DNA of 64,000 bases from a virus (Duplodnaviria > Caudoviricetes): IMG/VR virus record IMGVR_UViG_3300011116_001227. The stretch is one strand, 5' to 3'. The notes below the pieces were generated by a model, which saw only the letters and a list, made by a program, of their open reading frames with translations, was not told the DNA's origin and did no database searches. This document shows, one piece after another, positions 46,193 to 55,503 of the stretch. Numbering within the stretch: the first letter of the stretch is position 1; every line of letters starts with the position of its first letter. Made by a program: the position numbers and the translations under genes.

Positions 46193-49100
46193 TTATTCGA
46201 CTAAAGCTCTCATTTTATACACTGATGTAGAAAAACCCCAATTTGCATCGTTTGATGCTTGAGCTAACCACAATGTGTAAGGTTTGATTTCTTCTTTTGG
46301 TGTGCCCCATGCACGCAACCAAGCAGTCCTATGTTCATCATCGACGGCTTTAATTCGATAGAAGATCTTTCCATTTTTAGTCTTCTTCACCTGCACTTCT
46401 GCAGCGCAGAACCAACCAATACCTTCTGTCCCTGGTTCAATATCATGAAGTTTTGGAACTTGTTTTTCTGCAATCTTGGACATAACTGCAGGTGGAAACA
46501 AGAGATCTGAATCTACAGACTGTGTCAATTCTTGACACATCAGAATCTTTTCTTCACGCGACCAATCCTCAATTTCAGCAAGAGAAGCTAACGTCACATC
46601 AAGGAAAGCTTCAATCTTCTCACCAGCTTTAGCTTTCTTCTTGAGTTGTGATGCTGTCAATCCGTAAAGGCCTCTACGAAGCATCTCGTAATTTTTGTCA
46701 TCTGTTAATGCCAACAAAAGTTGCTTGTGATTATTAATTTTTCCGACGCTAAAATCTTCGAGCGATGACAATGCATCGATCTTGCAGAGTGCTGACAGAG
46801 CTGTCTTATTCATCTTGCTGTGGCGCCAATTACCTTCATTATCATACAACATCTCCTGGAGATTTTTGTAAGGACGAAGTTGCATGATCTCTTCGACTGC
46901 AGTCGAACCAATGCCCTTGACCGAGCTGAGGGGCGGAACGAAAGCGGCTGCTTCTTCAGAATACTGCCACTCTTTTCCTGAGTAGTTCACATCGATCTTA
47001 GAGAAACTGTAACCGAGCGCTTTGATCTCGGAGATAGTCTTAGCAAGACCTTTTGGATTTGTGTTCTCAGACTGCAGCGCCGTCGCGAGCCATTCTTTCT
47101 CGTAGTGGGTGTGGAGCCACGCAGCGTAGTAGGAGTCGATCGCATATGCTAAACTATGGGATTTATTGAAGCAATAGACTGACATGTTGTCAATTGTCTG
47201 CCAGAGCGGCTCTGTTACTTCAGGACCGACGCCGTGAATGCGCTGTGCACCTTCGATAAACTTCTGTTTCGCGATCTCTTTTTCGGACGTCTTCTTGTCC
47301 AAAGTGTCAAGAGACTTCTTGACAAGCGTCTTGCGTAGCTGATCTGCTTCACCCGGTGTGAAGCCTCCAAGCTTCTCAGCGAGTAACATAAATTGTTCCT
47401 GGTACACTACGAAATTCCTCGTCGGCCCTAGCACCTGTTCGATGATAGGGTGTGGATAATCGATGTGTTCTTTCTTCCTTGCCTCGACGAAAAGGTTGTG
47501 GACATTAGCTTTAAGTGGGCCAGGTCGATAGATCGCAGTGATGGCAGTCAAGTCTTCGATTTTCGTTGGCTTCACTGCTTTGCAGAACTTCCTCGCTCCC
47601 TCTGCTGTCATCTGAAACACAGAGACGAATGCTCCATCTTGGTAGACGTGCTTCCAGACAACAGGATCGTCCTGCTTCACATAACGACAGTTGAGGTGTT
47701 TGTCAAAGAATTCCCTAACGTCCAAGAAAGTAGGATTCGGATTGCCTTGCTTCACGAGGATCCGGCTGATGCAATTCTCCACGTCCTTGAGGAGAGTGAG
47801 ACCCAGGAAGTCGAACTTCAGGAAGCCGTTGTCCTCCAGGTTGCGGAAGTTCATGCCCTCCGTCCACGGTGTCTGAAGTTCACCTCGCACACCGATGATG
47901 GGCATATTCGCCGCGAGGTCGTCGGGATCGGCCAATAGAACGCCACCGGCGTGTCGACCCACCGATCGGTTCTGCATAAACAGGGTTTCGACGTGGGCAG
48001 CCACCTCTGGGTACTTCTCCATGAAGGCCGTGTACTTCGGCGAGTACTTCATGCAGTCCTCATGCTTCAGCACGAAGACCGACTTCTCCTGGTCCTCGTC
48101 TCGAGCCAGCGGCATCACCTCGTCCTGGAGAGGGCCGGTCATCTCGTTCACCTCCTCGAAGGGCACGCCGTAGATCTTGGCGATGTCCTTGACGAGGGAC
48201 TTGAGCTTCAGGGTGTTGAAGTTGGACACCGGGATCACGGCGTCATCGCCGAACAGAGTTCGTGCCGCATCGATAAGGACATCCCTGTCACCTGCGTCTG
48301 TATCGATATCCGGAAAGCTCACTCGGTGTCGTCCCAAAAATCTGCTCCAAAGCAAACCGTATGGTATCGGATCGATCTGCGTGATGCCTAACAGGAAGTT
48401 GACGAGCGATCCCGCACCACTCCCGCGGCCGCTTCCAAAGAGTGTCTTTTCCTTCGCAAGATTGAACACTTTATACATCGTAATGAAGTACGAAGCACAC
48501 TTCAAATACTTGATGTCACCGAGTTCGTATTTTGCTCTTTCCACATACGCAGGCTTGTCGTCTAAGCCTTCACGCTTCAGGCCCTCCATCACAAGCTCGG
48601 TAAGTTGCTTGAACGCAGATTTCTCAGGTGTGTCGACCTTCGGTAGCTTCGGTTTCGTGTCCACCCAGGTGTCTTCGCACTCGTTCCACGTGATGTCGTG
48701 GGTGCGTTCGATGGAGTCACGCACCAATTCTTCAGAACCCTTATAGAACTCGTACTGCTCGTAGGACCGCTTGTACTCATCCCACATCTGGGACGCGTTC
48801 TTTGGATATAGTTCGCACTTGAGGTCTTCGAACTTAGGCAGTGTTGCACCATCAAGTTTGGCACCCATCCAGCCGAGCTTCTTGTACAGCTCACGCGCTT
48901 GCCACTTTGAGGGATCTGGGTAGTGAGAATCACACGTGGAGACGAGCGGCACGCCTGTCTTCTTAGAAAGATCGATCAAGTACTTGTTGACTGTGTGTTG
49001 TTTCTCAAGCTTGTTGAACTGTAGCTCAAGATAAAAGTTTTTGTTGCCCACGGCGCTTTGGAATCTGTCAGTAAGATTCTCAAGATCTGTCATAATCTCG

Positions 49101-50227
49101 TCGTGCGGCTTATTCTGTGCTTCACCTAGAAGAATCTTGCCGCTGTAGATTCCGCCTAGACAGTTATGAACTACAACACCGTTCGCAAAGAAATTGTGGT
49201 TGTCTTCGACAGTAATATCGTAGACATCTTCTGTGTAGTCCAATTCTTCAACTTCGATCACGTCAACGAACTTGTAGGTTTCCATATTATTTTTCATCCA
49301 AGAAACAATCTTGACAGGCATGTTCTCCTTGAGCTCATCGGCACGAAGCCAGCCCTTGTCTGTCAAGACTTGATGGTCTGGTGTGAGTCTTACTTCTTTA
49401 CCATCAGCAGTCTTGAGCTTGACGATCTTTGCAGATGTCCTCGTCTTATCTCCCCACAAGACACGTTTGAACTGCAGTTCTTTGCTTTCTTCATTGAAGG
49501 AAAGAACTATGGGATTCTCCCCTGCCCTGTATCTCTCGATGACTCTTAGCAATGTCTCGGTACCCATGTCTGTTACAAGCTCAGCATCACCCGTAAGACA
49601 CGCCGTCGACCAGATGATGTCTGACCCGTATTTTTGGAGTAGCTCAAAGTCGATTCGAGGATAACGATAGAAGCCGTACTTGTAAGATGCCTTGACAAGT
49701 CTGAAGATGTTCGCAAGACCGTTCTGATTCTTAGCTACAGCAACAAGGTGATAGCGTCGTTGCCAGTCTCTGGATGACACGTCGACTGTCTTGGTTTCAT
49801 TCTCATCTTCAACGACGTGGCCGCCCTGTTCATCCTCTTCTTCGCCCGGATCGGCATCGATGTCTGTAGGAGTCTTGGCACGCTTCTCCATCTCAGCAGC
49901 AGTCTTTGCATCCTTAACGCTCTGCTTATGGGCTTCATAATCAATAGCCCACTGCTTCAGTGAGGGCACAAAGTAGAATTCCACACCGTAGAGCTGTCGA
50001 TACTTCTTGCCCTTCTTCTGTACCTTCAGAGCTGCAGATCGAGCATGTGCTAGACCGTTGCCATTACCATGATCTGTGAGTGCCCAGGCATCCATACCTT
50101 GTGACTCAGAGGTGACAAAGGCAATGTGATCGGCTGGATAGCCGAGTCCGTCGAAGGTGCTAAATCCGCTGTGGCCGTGGAAAGAAACAAATCTGTCAGG
50201 TGGGCGAATAAGATCTAATTTTGACAT
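46193..50227 (-). CDS. dnaE: DNA polymerase III alpha subunit with mini-intein
   Basis: PHP HGHS..STFDG, ALTDHG, GRGSGAGSL, FPDIDTD, GRHAGG, KFDFLGL, FNKSHS. Confidence 0.95.
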   Translation of the reverse strand: MSKLDLIRPPDRFVSFHGHSGFSTFDGLGYPADHIAFVTSESQGMDAWALTDHGNGNGLAHARSAALKVQKKGKKYRQLYGVEFYFVPSLKQWAIDYEAHKQSVKDAKTAAEMEKRAKTPTDIDADPGEEEDEQGGHVVEDENETKTVDVSSRDWQRRYHLVAVAKNQNGLANIFRLVKASYKYGFYRYPRIDFELLQKYGSDIIWSTACLTGDAELVTDMGTETLLRVIERYRAGENPIVLSFNEESKELQFKRVLWGDKTRTSAKIVKLKTADGKEVRLTPDHQVLTDKGWLRADELKENMPVKIVSWMKNNMETYKFVDVIEVEELDYTEDVYDITVEDNHNFFANGVVVHNCLGGIYSGKILLGEAQNKPHDEIMTDLENLTDRFQSAVGNKNFYLELQFNKLEKQHTVNKYLIDLSKKTGVPLVSTCDSHYPDPSKWQARELYKKLGWMGAKLDGATLPKFEDLKCELYPKNASQMWDEYKRSYEQYEFYKGSEELVRDSIERTHDITWNECEDTWVDTKPKLPKVDTPEKSAFKQLTELVMEGLKREGLDDKPAYVERAKYELGDIKYLKCASYFITMYKVFNLAKEKTLFGSGRGSGAGSLVNFLLGITQIDPIPYGLLWSRFLGRHRVSFPDIDTDAGDRDVLIDAARTLFGDDAVIPVSNFNTLKLKSLVKDIAKIYGVPFEEVNEMTGPLQDEVMPLARDEDQEKSVFVLKHEDCMKYSPKYTAFMEKYPEVAAHVETLFMQNRSVGRHAGGVLLADPDDLAANMPIIGVRGELQTPWTEGMNFRNLEDNGFLKFDFLGLTLLKDVENCISRILVKQGNPNPTFLDVREFFDKHLNCRYVKQDDPVVWKHVYQDGAFVSVFQMTAEGARKFCKAVKPTKIEDLTAITAIYRPGPLKANVHNLFVEARKKEHIDYPHPIIEQVLGPTRNFVVYQEQFMLLAEKLGGFTPGEADQLRKTLVKKSLDTLDKKTSEKEIAKQKFIEGAQRIHGVGPEVTEPLWQTIDNMSVYCFNKSHSLAYAIDSYYAAWLHTHYEKEWLATALQSENTNPKGLAKTISEIKALGYSFSKIDVNYSGKEWQYSEEAAAFVPPLSSVKGIGSTAVEEIMQLRPYKNLQEMLYDNEGNWRHSKMNKTALSALCKIDALSSLEDFSVGKINNHKQLLLALTDDKNYEMLRRGLYGLTASQLKKKAKAGEKIEAFLDVTLASLAEIEDWSREEKILMCQELTQSVDSDLLFPPAVMSKIAEKQVPKLHDIEPGTEGIGWFCAAEVQVKKTKNGKIFYRIKAVDDEHRTAWLRAWGTPKEEIKPYTLWLAQASNDANWGFSTSVYKMRALVE
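49163..49600 (-). mobile_element. 146-aa mini-intein (no endonuclease) in the dnaE PHP domain
   Basis: CLTGD block A, TPDH block B, VYDITVEDNHNFFANGVVVHN-C terminus; exteins rejoin as STA-CLGG. Confidence 0.92.
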
Positions 50228-50241
50228 GAGTCTCTACTAGT

Positions 50242-50271
50242 AATTTACCACAAAAGTACGCGTCTTTACAC
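50242..50271 (-). promoter_or_regulatory. sigma70-like promoter candidate GTGTAA-N18-TAAATT
   Basis: Directly upstream of the dnaE ATG; TG extension present. Confidence 0.4.
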
Positions 50272-50272
50272 G

Positions 50273-51265
50273 TCAAACTTTAGGGAAATGTTGCAGTAGA
50301 TCTGTACCTTTCGACTTAGCTTCATCGAGATACTTCAGAGGGTTATAGTTCTTAGATGAATTTGAAGAAATCCAATCGTAAGTCGCCTTGACGCCGCCCT
50401 CCAAGTCAAGCTTCGGAGACCAGCCAATTTGCTTTCTGACCTTGGCAGATGACAGTCTGTGGTTTCCGAGATAATCAGTCTTTGGATACCAGCGGACGAT
50501 TTTTTCTACGTTTTTCCCGACAACACGAGAAACAAGATTCATGATCTCTGCGGCGGTGTGAGGTGTCTCAGCTGCGACGTTAAAATCAGTACCCCAACCA
50601 TCCTTGCTCTCACAGATCATCGACACGGCTTCACAGTAATCGGACACGTGGAGATAATCCTTGATCTTCGCGGGGTCTAAGAAGATGTCAACAGAATCTT
50701 TGTTCTGCAAGGATGCATAGATACTCTTGGCGATGAGTGAATTCATGTCACCCTCGTCACCAAAAGCGAAGAGAGGACGCACCACAGACCAGCGTTTTGC
50801 CATGCTGGTGATGATCTGTTCACCTGCAAGCTTCTGCACGCCATAATAAGTGAGAGGCTTTCTAGCTGAGTCTTCAAAAATCTGCTGATTCTGGTAGGAA
50901 GGCGTGTCATAAATCACGGTGGTACCCATGTAGCACACGCCGGCACCAGCTGCGTTAGCTGCTCTAACAATATTGTAAGAACCGTGCACGTTGCTCAGCG
51001 TCGCTTCTGCGGGATTGAGAGCAACCACGTCTGTTCCCACAACGGCTGCATTGTGCACAACAACATCAACCCCGTATTTTTTAAAAGCTCTTGACCAAAC
51101 GTCTTCTGAATTTCGGTGCACACACACTTCACCCGTTTTTGGTAACGTAAGCATGTTGTCTCCAATTAGATCAGCATCCGATAGAATCGAGTGACCTCGA
51201 GCAATCAGCTTCTTCTTCAAATGTCTAGCAATAAATCCTGCACCACCCGTAATGTAAAAACGCAT
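50273..51265 (-). CDS. NAD-dependent NDP-sugar epimerase/dehydratase
   Basis: ATG 51265; GGAGFIA, HNAAVVG, YGVQK. Confidence 0.85.
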   Translation of the reverse strand: MRFYITGGAGFIARHLKKKLIARGHSILSDADLIGDNMLTLPKTGEVCVHRNSEDVWSRAFKKYGVDVVVHNAAVVGTDVVALNPAEATLSNVHGSYNIVRAANAAGAGVCYMGTTVIYDTPSYQNQQIFEDSARKPLTYYGVQKLAGEQIITSMAKRWSVVRPLFAFGDEGDMNSLIAKSIYASLQNKDSVDIFLDPAKIKDYLHVSDYCEAVSMICESKDGWGTDFNVAAETPHTAAEIMNLVSRVVGKNVEKIVRWYPKTDYLGNHRLSSAKVRKQIGWSPKLDLEGGVKATYDWISSNSSKNYNPLKYLDEAKSKGTDLLQHFPKV

Positions 51266-51365
51266 GTCTCCTCCGATGCAGAGCATTATAACAAAAAAAG
51301 CGACCAAATACAAGGTCACTTTTTTATAGATCTCGAGATTTTGAGAATGAATTACAAGCTAAAAA

Positions 51366-51632
51366 TCACATCATGTATTCTTTAAACAGCTCGGCCAATC
51401 CGTCCCGCGCGAAGTCTTTTGCTTCTTCACTGTCATACTCCTCGGCGATAGCATTCTGCTCTATGTTCATACGCAAAGATTCTAAAGCAGCTTTTGCTGC
51501 GTCTATTTTAGTAATATCTGCAAGTGATCCTAAAGCAAGTCTGCCTGGAGTTAAAGTGTCGTCGCCCTCGTTGAGAACCTTTGAGACCTCTTCTGCAATG
51601 ATCTTGCGGAGTTGTGATGATGTTAATTTCAT
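51366..51632 (-). CDS. putative virion protein with MKLT leader
   Basis: MKLTSSQLRKIIAEEVSKVLNEG. Confidence 0.65.
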   Translation of the reverse strand: MKLTSSQLRKIIAEEVSKVLNEGDDTLTPGRLALGSLADITKIDAAKAALESLRMNIEQNAIAEEYDSEEAKDFARDGLAELFKEYMM

Positions 51633-51698
51633 TATTTATCCTAAGTGACTATTGATTTTAAATATAAGTCAATGCTGCTTTAATCTTTTCTGCAATAT

Positions 51699-51727
51699 AA
51701 AAATGGCGACTATTTTCATAGTCGCCA
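51699..51727 (-). terminator. intrinsic terminator
   Basis: Minus strand TGGCGACTAT-GAAA-ATAGTCGCCA followed by TTTTT. Confidence 0.8.
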
Positions 51728-51940
51728 AGGTGTTTTTAACTTCAGTTTTTAATCAGCAACAGACGCAATGATTAAAGTTTGTAGATTTTAATTTATTACT
51801 TTATCTCGTAGTTCTATAAAGAAGAACGTCATCGAGCTCTTTTTATCTTTTTAAAACTTAATCTTGCGTTTAAATACTCCAATTCAACTCTTTACACCCA
51901 TAACTAATTATAGAGTTTGTTGGAATTTATCAACTAATCA

Positions 51941-52414
51941 TCACTCAATTTCTTTGTCATACGGCTCGTAAAGCATCTCACCTTCAGACTTACAGCGTTC
52001 CAGGTAGTCCTCGAGCTCTTCAAAAGAAGTACACACACGCGAGCCTGATCTTGACAACATGAGATTAAACTTTGCTCCGGCAGGAAGTCCTGCGCAGAAA
52101 TAGATAATGTGCTTATCAAAAGCAGTGGCATATCCACATTCCATGATTGTGCCAAGATCCTTGTCACGTGTATTCACCACGAGAAAGTCGGCCTCGCGAA
52201 TGTGCTTTAGGTTCCCCTGATAGGTTGCATCTTGAACCTCTCGAGATGCATTAGGGGGACAGATAAAGATCCTTCGAGGAGACGCCATATCAATCCAGTC
52301 CTTGCGTGCCTCCATGATCTGCTCAAGTCTTGTAAGCTCTGCATCCTGTACAGGATTAAACCATCCGGCTGCAAGATACATCTTCAGAGTACGTCCAAAC
52401 TTATTCTCACTCAT
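51941..52414 (-). CDS. nucleoside 2-deoxyribosyltransferase / NMP hydrolase family protein
   Basis: YLAAGWF, ADFLVV, DLGTIMECGYA. Confidence 0.8.
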   Translation of the reverse strand: MSENKFGRTLKMYLAAGWFNPVQDAELTRLEQIMEARKDWIDMASPRRIFICPPNASREVQDATYQGNLKHIREADFLVVNTRDKDLGTIMECGYATAFDKHIIYFCAGLPAGAKFNLMLSRSGSRVCTSFEELEDYLERCKSEGEMLYEPYDKEIE

Positions 52415-52528
52415 TATTGTGTCCTTTCAATCGCTCGATTTCTAATAGTAGACTATACTTGTCAATTGAACAAGAATCAGATTTCGCGATGTTTTCATGC
52501 AATTAGTACTAAATAGTACTAGACAAGT

Positions 52529-53509
52529 TCACTTGTTTGACTTCCAGTTATTGTGCTCAGACTTGAGCTTATCAAACTCAGAAATACCTGAATTCCAATG
52601 CTGAAGGAACTTTCTCTGTGGGCCATCTCCGTGAGTACCATTTAGCTCTTCGCGGGTGCACTGGTAGATTGTATCCTCGGGATGGTACTCGAACTTATCA
52701 TTCTTTGGAATGGGCCAGTATAGGTTTGTGCCGCGGGACACGAACTTATCACCCTCCTTCACGCGGAAGGTCTTGATGTAGTGCATGTCGGGCTTGTTGA
52801 AGTCCACCATCGTGGTGAACTCCGGAATAACCTTGGCAACCTCGACTGCCATTCTTACCGCAAGCAGGTTGTCACTAGATGTTTGAATTTGAGAATCTTG
52901 ACGCTGATAAATGAAGCCCACCAGGTCCTTGAGCGAAAGACGCATATAGTAGAACGAGGTCATGCACTTAGGAAGAATGAGTCGTGCGTCCATCATAGAC
53001 ACGACCTTGGAATCAGTCATATCAGCGTAGAGCTGCTTGGACTCTTCGACAAGCTTCTTCCATCTCGCCAAGAACTCAGGTGAATTCTCTACGGGCTCAG
53101 GAATGACTGCATCGTCGTCGCGGAGGTCGCGATCGCCGGTGCACTGTGCAGCAAAAGTGCCAGCACGGTGGCGGATGATGTGTGTCACCTCTTGGAAAGA
53201 CATACCGCTCAGACGGAATGTGAAACCGAGACATTCCATGGGAGCCGGAAGTGTTCGTCCACCAAAGACGTCCTCCAGGTTCTTAGACAGATCATGATCT
53301 GATGCTGACTCGGGATGGATGTCAGGTCTATCTGCCCAAGTTGCCTTAACATAATGCCAAGCCACGTTCCAAGCTTGCTGTCGCGTCGGATGGTCGACAA
53401 GCTCGATCTTTAGTGCATCGATGTTGTTGAGGAAGTTGGTCTTGACTGGTCGTCCGAACTTTAATTCCATGGGTAGTTCAATCGGCTGTAGGTCTTTATT
53501 AATGGGCAT
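52529..53509 (-). CDS. divergent ThyX-like flavin-dependent protein
   Basis: FTFRLSG, IIRHR, DARLILP and QR..SQIQ follow ThyX, but the RHRx7S Ser is Cys. Confidence 0.75.
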   Translation of the reverse strand: MPINKDLQPIELPMELKFGRPVKTNFLNNIDALKIELVDHPTRQQAWNVAWHYVKATWADRPDIHPESASDHDLSKNLEDVFGGRTLPAPMECLGFTFRLSGMSFQEVTHIIRHRAGTFAAQCTGDRDLRDDDAVIPEPVENSPEFLARWKKLVEESKQLYADMTDSKVVSMMDARLILPKCMTSFYYMRLSLKDLVGFIYQRQDSQIQTSSDNLLAVRMAVEVAKVIPEFTTMVDFNKPDMHYIKTFRVKEGDKFVSRGTNLYWPIPKNDKFEYHPEDTIYQCTREELNGTHGDGPQRKFLQHWNSGISEFDKLKSEHNNWKSNK

Positions 53510-53581
53510 AATTTCTCCAAATATGAGTTGTAGTCTTCAATTATTGTCTATGAGAGGATCAAAGTACAATTGCAATCTTCA

Positions 53582-54523
53582 TCAAAGAATATGGGCAATC
53601 TTATCGATTACGTCTTCATTTTCTTCGACGTAGATAATTCCTCTAACATTTTTTACTTCTTCGTTGTATGATTTTTTAGGAACTACGCATATGACGCCGT
53701 GCTTTGCGTATTCTGACGCATGTTTAGCTGAATCATCTACAGCAAATAATTTTGCAGTCTTATAGAAGTCTTGTCCCGCGAGCCAAGCAAATTTTTCTGG
53801 CGTGAATACTACGTCATCTGCAGGAATCTTGTTGAGGTGCAGCCACGCGTATGTATCGTAAAAGCAAGTTAGATTTTGTGAATCTCTTGCTGTAACTATC
53901 TGCACCCAGTATCCCTTCTGTTTTAAAGCAATTAAGAAGTTGTAGTACTTCTTGCTGAGCTCTAGACGCAAAAATCCATGGTCTTCGATGAATTTCTTAA
54001 AAAAGAATTCGCTGTTTAAACCATGCTCTTTAAACTTCACTGTGTTGTAATATTCTGGACAATACGGGTCCATGAATATTCCTGTTTGATCTGTAACATA
54101 TTTACAGAATTCATTTCTAAACTCTGCCAACACATCGTCGATGTCAAACAAAACGATGGGTTCTCCTGACCACTTCTTGTCTCGAAGTTGGTGTCTGTAA
54201 TGAAGATAATGATCTTTCTGTTCAAGAGCTGACGTCAATTGTTCTGAAGTAAGATTCCATAAATTTGCAATTGCCAAGATGTAACGATACGCGTCAGCAG
54301 ACTTATACAAGATCTTTTGCAGATCTGTTTCTCTTGCTTCTCTGCGATGTTCTTTGTAGTTGACAGCACTGCACAAATCTGTAATCTCGGAGTGAAGTGC
54401 AAGACTTAAAGTTTTAAACTCTTCGATCTTCTGTTCGTCAGTTAACTCAGATGAATTATAAAAGTAATTTGAAAAAGTCTTTTGCGTTCTCAACGCATCA
54501 ACAAGGTAATTCCAGTTAGACAT
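53582..54523 (-). CDS. MazG-like NTP pyrophosphatase fused to a HAD 5'(3')-nucleotidase
   Basis: LHSEITDL...SADAY N-domain; FDIDDVL, VTAR, AVDDS HAD motifs. Confidence 0.7.
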   Translation of the reverse strand: MSNWNYLVDALRTQKTFSNYFYNSSELTDEQKIEEFKTLSLALHSEITDLCSAVNYKEHRREARETDLQKILYKSADAYRYILAIANLWNLTSEQLTSALEQKDHYLHYRHQLRDKKWSGEPIVLFDIDDVLAEFRNEFCKYVTDQTGIFMDPYCPEYYNTVKFKEHGLNSEFFFKKFIEDHGFLRLELSKKYYNFLIALKQKGYWVQIVTARDSQNLTCFYDTYAWLHLNKIPADDVVFTPEKFAWLAGQDFYKTAKLFAVDDSAKHASEYAKHGVICVVPKKSYNEEVKNVRGIIYVEENEDVIDKIAHIL

Positions 54524-54526
54524 GTA

Positions 54527-54943
54527 TCAATAACCGCTCTTTAGACGCTGAACATTAATTGCACCCTTCTTCATAAAAGCTTCGTGCAATTCTTCAGAAG
54601 AAATTCCACTATAAATGACGATGCCAAAGAAGTAGTGTAATGCGTCTACGAGCTCTTCTTTGTAAGATTCTCTATCGAATTCTTTGACTTCTGTCACGCG
54701 ATGATTCTTGCTGTTCTTCAAGAGATGATTAGCTTCAAAAAGCTCGTGCATACATTCGTGAGCTAATCCTTTTAAAATTTGTTGATTCTTCTTTTCTTTT
54801 AAATCGAGAGGAAAATCCGGGTAACCTCTATCGTCCCTTAACAAATAATTAAAGTCACGTTGTTGATTGTACATCTCATCAAGTTTATCCATGCAAACCT
54901 CTTGTGTTATTTTAAACCCGACAACACTCAAAGTACAATACAA
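54527..54943 (-). CDS. all-alpha dNTP pyrophosphatase (MazG / dimeric dUTPase / dCTPase-like)
   Basis: HECMHELFEA, EELVDALHYF. Confidence 0.75.
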   Translation of the reverse strand: MYCTLSVVGFKITQEVCMDKLDEMYNQQRDFNYLLRDDRGYPDFPLDLKEKKNQQILKGLAHECMHELFEANHLLKNSKNHRVTEVKEFDRESYKEELVDALHYFFGIVIYSGISSEELHEAFMKKGAINVQRLKSGY

Positions 54944-54966
54944 GTTGATTATAATAATTACAAATT

Positions 54967-55491
54967 ATGAAAAAGAACGAATTCAAAAAGCTGCTAGAGA
55001 TATTCGGAGAACCTATTGGTAGGTACGCAGGCGATGCTCCCGAAGGCGTAAGAAATGAGCCTGTCATTTGTCCTGTCTGCAAAATGATGTTTGTAGACAA
55101 AAAATGCGGCTGCGAAGACTCGAACGACGTATGTCCAACGTGCGGCATGATGCCAGTTGACGGCAAATGCGGATGTGTCAAAGAATCAGTTGAAAACACT
55201 TCTTGCTCTTGCCACGAATCAGACGAAATAAATAAAGAACCCTGCGAGGAGTGCGGCTTAATTGAATTTAATCCACAACCAGAACCTCCCGGTGTAGATA
55301 AAGATTCAGATAAAATAAGTGAAAGTAAAAAGAAGAAGGGTCCAAGCAAGAAAACTGCAAAGAAAATTCTTCGTGGAACAAAGACCTTTGCACAAAAAAT
55401 GAAAAAAGTTTCAGGTTGGGCAGAAGATCCAGCAGCTGCTGCAGCATGGATGATGCATAAGGCTACAGGGAAATGGCCTTCAGAAAAATGA
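54967..55491 (+). CDS. Cys-rich hypothetical protein
   Basis: CPVCKMMFVDKKCGC / CPTCGMMPVDGKCGC repeats, CSC, CEEC. Confidence 0.6.
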   Translation: MKKNEFKKLLEIFGEPIGRYAGDAPEGVRNEPVICPVCKMMFVDKKCGCEDSNDVCPTCGMMPVDGKCGCVKESVENTSCSCHESDEINKEPCEECGLIEFNPQPEPPGVDKDSDKISESKKKKGPSKKTAKKILRGTKTFAQKMKKVSGWAEDPAAAAAWMMHKATGKWPSEK

Positions 55492-55503
55492 TTTAATTAC
55501 GCC

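Noticed and set aside
47450-48933. Long antisense/alternate-frame ORFs over dnaE (and similar ones over groEL, prkA, 36614 and 62369)
   Set aside because: Shadow ORFs caused by codon bias in the real genes; no recognisable motifs.
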